Of a stretch of DNA of 64,000 nt, positions 58,320 to 64,000 are shown piece after piece. Position 1 is the stretch's first letter, and every line of letters begins with the position of its first letter. The stretch covers positions 1 through 64,000 of the forward strand of contig OZ223209.1 of NCBI GenBank assembly GCA_965140415.1, written 5' to 3'. The notes below the pieces were generated by a model that had not been told where the DNA came from, did not search any database, and worked only from the letters and a program-made list of their open reading frames with translations. Both the position numbers and the translations under genes were made by a program. Origin of the DNA: Myxococcota bacterium. GTDB taxonomy: Bacteria > Myxococcota_A > SURF-8.

Positions 58320-59732
58320 TTAGCGATTTTGCATTCCTGCGGCAATCGCTCCTGTAAAACTAACTCCCGCCGCAAACATCAAGGTGAGTTGCAAAGCGTG
58401 AAAATCGGCCTGCTGCCAGCTTCCGCCGGTTGTTCCACCCAATGCCTGAAACAATGCCGTAGATAGCGCCACTCCGGCCATCATGCCGAATGTACGCGAC
58501 ACGGCCAGTACGCTTCCCGCAACGCCCTGCTGGGTTTTAGGAGCCGCTCCCATCAACGCGCTGGAGTTGGGGGAAATGAAAATTCCGGTTCCCAATCCCA
58601 TTACCGCTAACCAAAGCGCCACCTGCAACAAGCTACTATCGGGTCCGATGAAGGACAAGCCACCCAATCCGACCGTCAGAATCAACATGCCAGCCACCGC
58701 CAATGGACGTGTTCCGATGCGATCGGATAACCACCCGGCGGGAGAAGCTACCATTGCCATGATAAAAGGCTGGGCGGTAAGGACGAATCCGGCGTGTCTG
58801 GCATCCGCTCCAAGCGCTTCCATCAAGTAAAATGGAAGTAATATCATCTGGATAAAGAGTGCAATGTAGTTGCATAGCGCGCTGATAACCGAACCGGAGA
58901 AAATGCGGGAGCGGAAAAGGCTCAGGTTCAACAAAGGGAATTCCCGGCGCGATTGAATGCGCACGAATAACGCCAGAAAAGCCAGACCGACTGCCGCCAT
59001 CGCTAACGTCATCGGATTCAACCAGCCCCATTGTTCTCCCTGACCGATAGCGGTCAGAAGCAGGGGCAAGCCGATGATCAGAGTCAACGAACCGATGAAA
59101 TCGAAGGGGGCCGGACGCACCTTTTGCGAGCGGGGCAGAAAGATCATTCCCATAATGAAAATGATGATGGAAATCGGGATATTCAGGAAGAAAATCCAGC
59201 GCCAGCCTAACAGGGAAATCAAGGCGCCGCCCAATGACGGACCGATCGTCAGGCCCACATAGGTTCCCGTGGCCAGAATTCCCAGCGCCTTGCCTCGTTG
59301 CGAAGGCGGAACGGTGGTCGTTAACAGCGCCGGGCTGGTCGCCATGACCATCGCGCCGCTGATGCCTTGCAGAATACGCGAGCCGATCAGCAGTGACAGA
59401 TTCGGCGACATTCCAGCCGCGAAGGAAGAAAAGCCGAACAGGAAAAACCCGATCAGGTAAATTCGAGCATGCCCGAAAATATCTCCCGCGCGCCCGGCGA
59501 TCAGAAGTAGGACCGTCACCGACAACAAAAACGCAAGCATCACCCAACTGACCTGGCCAATCGCCACTTGCATTTCACTTCCGATGGCGGGTAGAGCCAG
59601 GGTGACGGTAGAACCGGCCATGGCGGAAAGCATGGTACCGACACCAACCGTAAAGAGGATCAGCCGTGCCTGACGTTTTTCAGCCGGAGTCATCTGTTGA
59701 TCGTTCGCTGCCTGTGTCGTCTCCACTGCCAT
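58320..59732 (-). CDS. MFS transporter, DHA2 (14-TM) family
   Basis: ALPAIG, GRAGDIFG, RILQG, GPSLGG..LGWRWIFFLNIP, GWLSDRIG. Confidence 0.9.
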   Translation of the reverse strand: MAVETTQAANDQQMTPAEKRQARLILFTVGVGTMLSAMAGSTVTLALPAIGSEMQVAIGQVSWVMLAFLLSVTVLLLIAGRAGDIFGHARIYLIGFFLFGFSSFAAGMSPNLSLLIGSRILQGISGAMVMATSPALLTTTVPPSQRGKALGILATGTYVGLTIGPSLGGALISLLGWRWIFFLNIPISIIIFIMGMIFLPRSQKVRPAPFDFIGSLTLIIGLPLLLTAIGQGEQWGWLNPMTLAMAAVGLAFLALFVRIQSRREFPLLNLSLFRSRIFSGSVISALCNYIALFIQMILLPFYLMEALGADARHAGFVLTAQPFIMAMVASPAGWLSDRIGTRPLAVAGMLILTVGLGGLSFIGPDSSLLQVALWLAVMGLGTGIFISPNSSALMGAAPKTQQGVAGSVLAVSRTFGMMAGVALSTALFQALGGTTGGSWQQADFHALQLTLMFAAGVSFTGAIAAGMQNR

Positions 59733-59904
59733 GCACTGCTCCTTGAAGTTCCGTCATTTCATCGATAACGATGAATATTCTTTCTATCTTACTCCATTTC
59801 ATTGATGTCGTTTAGAAAAATCCCTTACCATCGCCGATAAAAACCTCACGAAACGTCCACTTAACCGGCCTCTATTCAGACTGAATACAGATGCCACTTG
59901 TATG

Positions 59905-59932
59905 TTGACAGTTTCGCCCAAATATGCATACT
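59905..59932 (+). promoter_or_regulatory. Putative sigma70-type promoter
   Basis: TTGACA-N16-CATACT upstream of the CDS at 59976. Confidence 0.5.
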
Positions 59933-59975
59933 GAATTTGTAATCGGATCTATTGGTAACTATAGGGAGATGGATT

Positions 59976-60392
59976 ATGGCCAAGAAAGTCTTTTCGATTT
60001 CTGTCGTTGTGCTTCTGTGTCTTTTGATCGCCGGTTCGAGTTTGGCTGAAAAACAAACCCCTGCTCCGGGTAGCGTATTTGAAGTCCTGCACAAAGGTCT
60101 CGTTCTGTTAAAAGATGGGAAATACGATGACTGGATGACACAGTACTGTCATCCCGAGGATCTATGTTACAACGACAAGGCTAGAGAATCCTTAAAGAAA
60201 TACAATCTTCCCGCCAAAAAACGACTGGCTCCCGCCTGCCTGAAAGGGAAACAGTTGGACGTCGTTAGAATTGATGGCGATCCTCTAACGGAACCGGTGA
60301 CACGCATCTATCTGCAATGCGACCCCAAAAGTGAGCCGAAAAAGTTCTACATGCGGAAATACAAGGATCAGTGGAAATTCTTTAAGATCTAG
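59976..60392 (+). CDS. Hypothetical secreted protein
   Basis: GGGAG RBS, signal peptide ending SLA|E, Lys-rich mature region with four Cys. Confidence 0.7.
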   Translation: MAKKVFSISVVVLLCLLIAGSSLAEKQTPAPGSVFEVLHKGLVLLKDGKYDDWMTQYCHPEDLCYNDKARESLKKYNLPAKKRLAPACLKGKQLDVVRIDGDPLTEPVTRIYLQCDPKSEPKKFYMRKYKDQWKFFKI

Positions 60393-60512
60393 CTAAAGCG
60401 TTTGCCGCCAGCGGTGTTCTTCATTGCATCCGCTATTCCGCCGTGCTACAAATCGAACAGCGGACGAATGAACGTCTGAATCTGAAAACCCGCTTGCAAC
60501 CGGGAGGGCTTT

Positions 60513-61346
60513 ATGGATGCGCAACTGCTTGAACTCCTACCCGAATTCCTTTCCACGCTGGGGTTGGACGAATCCCCTATGGGGCTGTTTTACAGCGACA
60601 CGGAACCGGAAGATGCTTTCAGTCCCAAGCCGATGGAATTGCCGACCATTGAAAAAGAAGCCAAGAACGAAGTCGACTGGCAAAGTGTTTTCGGCGGTTT
60701 CTCCTGTAGCATCGGACATATCTGGCGCGCCCGCAAAAAGCAGGGAACGGCGTATTTCTCCGCCGAGCGCTATGGTTGTCCCGGCGCGGCGTTCTGGCTG
60801 GGATTCAACAAGCCGCAGGTAGAGACGATCATTCGTTATGTCTCCAGCGGCACGCCCGGCTACATGGAAGGCGAATTCTACTGCGAATCGCCCGACGCGC
60901 TACGCCGCATCTTCGAATACGTCGATCCGCGCCCCGCGCCCAAACCCTATTGCGTGATCAAACCCGTTACGCAATTTGCGGAAAACGAAACCCCGGAACT
61001 GGTACTGTTCTTCTGCCGTCCCGAGTCGCTTAGCGGACTGCATCAACTGGCCGCCTTCGTCACCAATGATCCGGAAGTGGTGATGTCGCCCTGGAGCGCG
61101 GGTTGTGGCAGCCTGGCGGCCTGGCCGCTGCATTACCTGGGAAAGGGAATGAACAAAGCCGTTGTGGGTGGTTGGGATCCTTCCGCTCGCAAATTCTTCA
61201 AAGCCGACGAGCTTTCCTTTGCCATGCCATTCGACATGTTCGCCTCGATGCTGCAACGCCATGGCGAATCCTTCCTCGGTACACACACCTGGGAAAAAAT
61301 TCACAAACGCATCGCACGCAGTAAGGCGGCATGGGGTGAGCAATAG
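60513..61346 (+). CDS. DUF169 family protein
   Basis: YGCPGAAFWLG, PELVLFF..PESLSGL, AGCGS, GGWDPSAR, DELSFAMP. Confidence 0.8.
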   Translation: MDAQLLELLPEFLSTLGLDESPMGLFYSDTEPEDAFSPKPMELPTIEKEAKNEVDWQSVFGGFSCSIGHIWRARKKQGTAYFSAERYGCPGAAFWLGFNKPQVETIIRYVSSGTPGYMEGEFYCESPDALRRIFEYVDPRPAPKPYCVIKPVTQFAENETPELVLFFCRPESLSGLHQLAAFVTNDPEVVMSPWSAGCGSLAAWPLHYLGKGMNKAVVGGWDPSARKFFKADELSFAMPFDMFASMLQRHGESFLGTHTWEKIHKRIARSKAAWGEQ

Positions 61347-61426
61347 AGTAACGATTATCCCGAATGATCGTCACTATTCGTTGATTTGAACTACAGAATG
61401 TGGGTGCCCGGGTCTTCGATTTGGAC

Positions 61427-61513
61427 GGGTGGCATGGGCGAAGCGAAGAGAAACGATGCTTGCCCATGTGGATCTAGAACACGGGCAAACCTTGGGTTTA
61501 GCCCGCGCCACCC
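61427..61513. repeat. GTGG-type REP doublet (nested palindromes)
   Basis: GGGTGGCATGGGC...GCTTGCCCATG and CACGGGCAAAC...GTTTAGCCCGCGCCACCC; outer GGGTGGC/GCCACCC inverted repeat. Confidence 0.6.
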
Positions 61514-61531
61514 TTTCGTCGTATGAAAGTA

Positions 61532-61597
61532 TTTTTCGGCGGGCTCACGCCTCGCCGCTACAAAAGACATCACCGATCAGTAATATAAACTCCTCTA
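61532..61597 (-). repeat. Third copy of the GTAG REP plus homologous flank (inverted copy of 49871-49937)
   Basis: Minus strand reads TAGAGGAGTT...GTGATGTCTTTTGTAGCGGCGAGGCGTGAGCCCGCCGAAAAA. Confidence 0.75.
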
Positions 61598-61718
61598 TCT
61601 ACCGAAAAACCGAATCGGCTTTTTCATTTTTTTTTGTGAAGCTTTGTCACAAAGCTGGCGACCTTTTGCAAAATTCTGTATACTTTTTCCCCATTTCAAC
61701 GAATGAAGGAACGGATCG

Positions 61719-62681
61719 ATGGACATTACCCAGCACCGCATCACTACCAGCGACGGATGGAAGCTCGTTCTCCAGCAACGTTACAACTCCAAAACACTGG
61801 ACAAGAACAAGCGCCCCCTGGTCATCGTGCCCGGCTACGGTATGAACGCCTTCATTTTCGGCTATCATCCCAACGGCATTTCCATGGAAGAGCACCTGGT
61901 GCAGCGCGGCTTCGAAGTCTGGTCGCTGAACTTGCGCGGCATGGGTGAGAGCAGCAGTCCCAACGGTAAACGCTGCTACGGTATGCGGGAACTGTCGCTG
62001 ATCGATCTGCCGGCCTGCGTCGATTACATCGTGGAAAACAATCGTGCCGGACAGGATAAAGTCGATCTCATCGGTTGCAGCCTGGGCGGCACCATGGTGT
62101 ATACCTATGCAAGCCTGCACGGAACCGAAAAGCTCGGCAGTATCGTGACGATGGGTGCGCCGCTTCGCTGGGTGAGCATCCACCCAGTGCTGAAATTCGC
62201 CTTCAGTTCCCCGACGTTGATCGGCATGATTCCCTTCGCGCATACCCGCACCCTGGCGCGTCATGCGCTGCCGGTAATGAAAAAGATTCCCGCGCTGCTG
62301 GCGATCTACCTGCACCCGGAAATCGTCGATTTAAGCCACCCGGAAATTCTGGCGCAGACGGTCGAAGATCCCAATCCGAAATTGAATCGCGAAATCGCGG
62401 TCTGGATCAAGCGGAAGGATCTGGTCATCGACGGCGTCAACGTGAGCGAGCGTTTCGGCCAGGTGGACAATCCACTCTTTCTGATGCTGGCCAACGCCGA
62501 CGGCATCGTGCCGCCCGATGTGGCGCTCTCCGCAGGCGAGTTGACCGGCTCACAGGACGTGCAAAGCATCACTGCGGGTGACGACAGTATCCAAATGGCG
62601 CACGCCGACATGTTCATTTCGGATTACGCCCAAGAGCTTGTGTTCGATCCCATGGCCGATTGGCTGGACGCGCACGAGTAG
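61719..62681 (+). CDS. Alpha/beta hydrolase (PhaC/lipase-like)
   Basis: VPGYG, DLPACVD, nucleophile GCSLGG, DGIVPP, AHAD. Confidence 0.85.
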   Translation: MDITQHRITTSDGWKLVLQQRYNSKTLDKNKRPLVIVPGYGMNAFIFGYHPNGISMEEHLVQRGFEVWSLNLRGMGESSSPNGKRCYGMRELSLIDLPACVDYIVENNRAGQDKVDLIGCSLGGTMVYTYASLHGTEKLGSIVTMGAPLRWVSIHPVLKFAFSSPTLIGMIPFAHTRTLARHALPVMKKIPALLAIYLHPEIVDLSHPEILAQTVEDPNPKLNREIAVWIKRKDLVIDGVNVSERFGQVDNPLFLMLANADGIVPPDVALSAGELTGSQDVQSITAGDDSIQMAHADMFISDYAQELVFDPMADWLDAHE

Positions 62682-62685
62682 GCTC

Positions 62686-63318
62686 TTACTTCACTTCCAG
62701 AATTTTTTGAACCTGCAAGGAAAGTCGCCAGGTGGGATGTTGCAGGCAGTAGTTCAACGCCGCCTGGGCGTGGCGATGCCCCTGACCATCGTCCAGCGGT
62801 TGCAGGTAGAAATAATTGAAATCCAAACCGACGTACTGCGCCGGGTCCAGCCCGATCGGATACAACAGTTTCAATTCGCTGCCGCTGCGCTGTTTCAACG
62901 CCGCATTCGGCTTGGGGCTGACCGTGATCCAGTCCAATCCATCGGGCGCGCGGCAGGTACCATTGGTTTCCACGCCCAATTCGAAACCGGCATCCTTGCA
63001 GGCGGCGATCAGCGCCGCATCCAGTTGCAATAGCGGCTCCCCACCGGTGAACACCAGGTAGGGTCTTCCCGAACCCACCGAAGGCCACAGCGAAATCAAC
63101 CGCTGCGCCAACTCATCGGCATCGGAGAACTCGCCCCCGCCTTCGCCGTCCACACCGACGAAATCCGTATCACAGTGCGGACAGGAGGAGTTGCCGCTGT
63201 CCTCGGCTTTGCCCGACCACAGGTTGCAACCGCTGAAACGGCAGAACACCGCCGCCCGGCCTACACGATGGCCTTCGCCCTGAATCGAATAGAAACTCTC
63301 CTTGATCCGATAACTCAT
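62686..63318 (-). CDS. queE: 7-carboxy-7-deazaguanine synthase (CX14CX2C type)
   Basis: [19 protein letters not shown]...[28 protein letters not shown]. Confidence 0.92.
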   Translation of the reverse strand: MSYRIKESFYSIQGEGHRVGRAAVFCRFSGCNLWSGKAEDSGNSSCPHCDTDFVGVDGEGGGEFSDADELAQRLISLWPSVGSGRPYLVFTGGEPLLQLDAALIAACKDAGFELGVETNGTCRAPDGLDWITVSPKPNAALKQRSGSELKLLYPIGLDPAQYVGLDFNYFYLQPLDDGQGHRHAQAALNYCLQHPTWRLSLQVQKILEVK

Positions 63319-64000
63319 GACTGCCTCGCATAGCGCGTCGGATCGTCCACCCCTGCCTGTAAAAAGCCCTGCTTGCGGATCAGGCAGCTATCGCAACGAC
63401 CGCAGGCCAGCCCTTCGGGAGTCGGATCGTAGCAGGAATGCGTCAGCCCGTAATCCAGCCCCAACTCGACTCCCTGCTGGATGATGCGCTGCTTTTGCCA
63501 GTCGATCAACGGTGTGTGCACCTGAAAGCCACGCTCGTCTTCACGGCCTGCGCGCGTGCCGAGATTGGCAGTCTGTTCGAAAGCGCGGATGAAGTCCGGG
63601 CGGCAATCCGGGTAGCCGCTGTAATCCACCGCCGTTACGCCAATGAACAGATCGAAAGCCCCCAGTACTTCCGCCCAGCCCAGCGCGAAGGAAAGAAAAA
63701 TCGTGTTGCGTGCCGGAACGTAGGTAATGGGAATATCGTTGGCGTTTTCGTTGTAGCTGTCTTTGGGAACCTCGATATCGGCTGTCAACGCCGAGCCGCC
63801 GAAACGGCGCAGGTCGAAACGAATCACGGCATGATCGACCGCACCCAGTTGCCTGGCGACGCGCTCGGCGGCCTGCAATTCCACCTGGTGGCGCTGGCCG
63901 TAGTCGAACGACAAGGCGTAGCAGGCGTATCCCTCATCGCGAGCGATGGCCAGAGCGGTGCTGCTGTCGATACCGCCGCTTAATAGAACGACGGCTTTAT
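63315..64000 (-). CDS. queC: 7-cyano-7-deazaguanine synthase (start lies just beyond the window)
   Basis: Frame stays open to the edge: [35 protein letters not shown]...CGRCDSC; ATGA overlap with queE. Confidence 0.93.
   Translation of the reverse strand, partial: KAVVLLSGGIDSSTALAIARDEGYACYALSFDYGQRHQVELQAAERVARQLGAVDHAVIRFDLRRFGGSALTADIEVPKDSYNENANDIPITYVPARNTIFLSFALGWAEVLGAFDLFIGVTAVDYSGYPDCRPDFIRAFEQTANLGTRAGREDERGFQVHTPLIDWQKQRIIQQGVELGLDYGLTHSCYDPTPEGLACGRCDSCLIRKQGFLQAGVDDPTRYARQS

Noticed and set aside
62686-64000. queC/queE as a 7-deazaguanine DNA-modification (dpd) or QatABCD-type defence system
   Set aside because: Both proteins look canonical and no dpdA, TatD or ATPase neighbours are visible on this side; queuosine biosynthesis is the simpler reading.

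Overview
64 kb of gene-dense bacterial chromosome, probably a Myxococcota/deltaproteobacteria-like organism (inferred from a MYXO-CTERM-like tail, an MXAN_5187-type C-terminal domain and many Cys-rich lipoproteins). About 44 CDS. Housekeeping and metabolic genes include a ParA-like ATPase, PAS kinases, hpf/raiA, a GT2/epimerase/flippase cluster, a PlsC-type acyltransferase, HesB, an MFS transporter and queE/queC. Interleaved with them are at least seven surface lipoprotein genes sharing acidic xxDGD linkers: an ASST-like protein, endonuclease I, a Kp43-like S8 protease, a 2565-aa multidomain protein and others. I found no rRNA, tRNA, CRISPR array, transposase, integrase or reverse transcriptase. 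Highlights: (1) the 2565-aa gene is a compositional mosaic, with AT-rich ligand-binding domain cores switching sharply to GC-rich DNA at conserved motifs; (2) a self-contained operon pairs a eukaryote-like protein arginine methyltransferase carrying a PqqD-like tail with a radical SAM/SPASM enzyme; (3) the DGD-linker lipoprotein family; (4) a TPR-class III cyclase lacks both metal-binding Asp residues; (5) three structured non-coding candidates; (6) GTAG/GTGG REP-like elements. All family assignments come from motif recognition by eye, not database searches.
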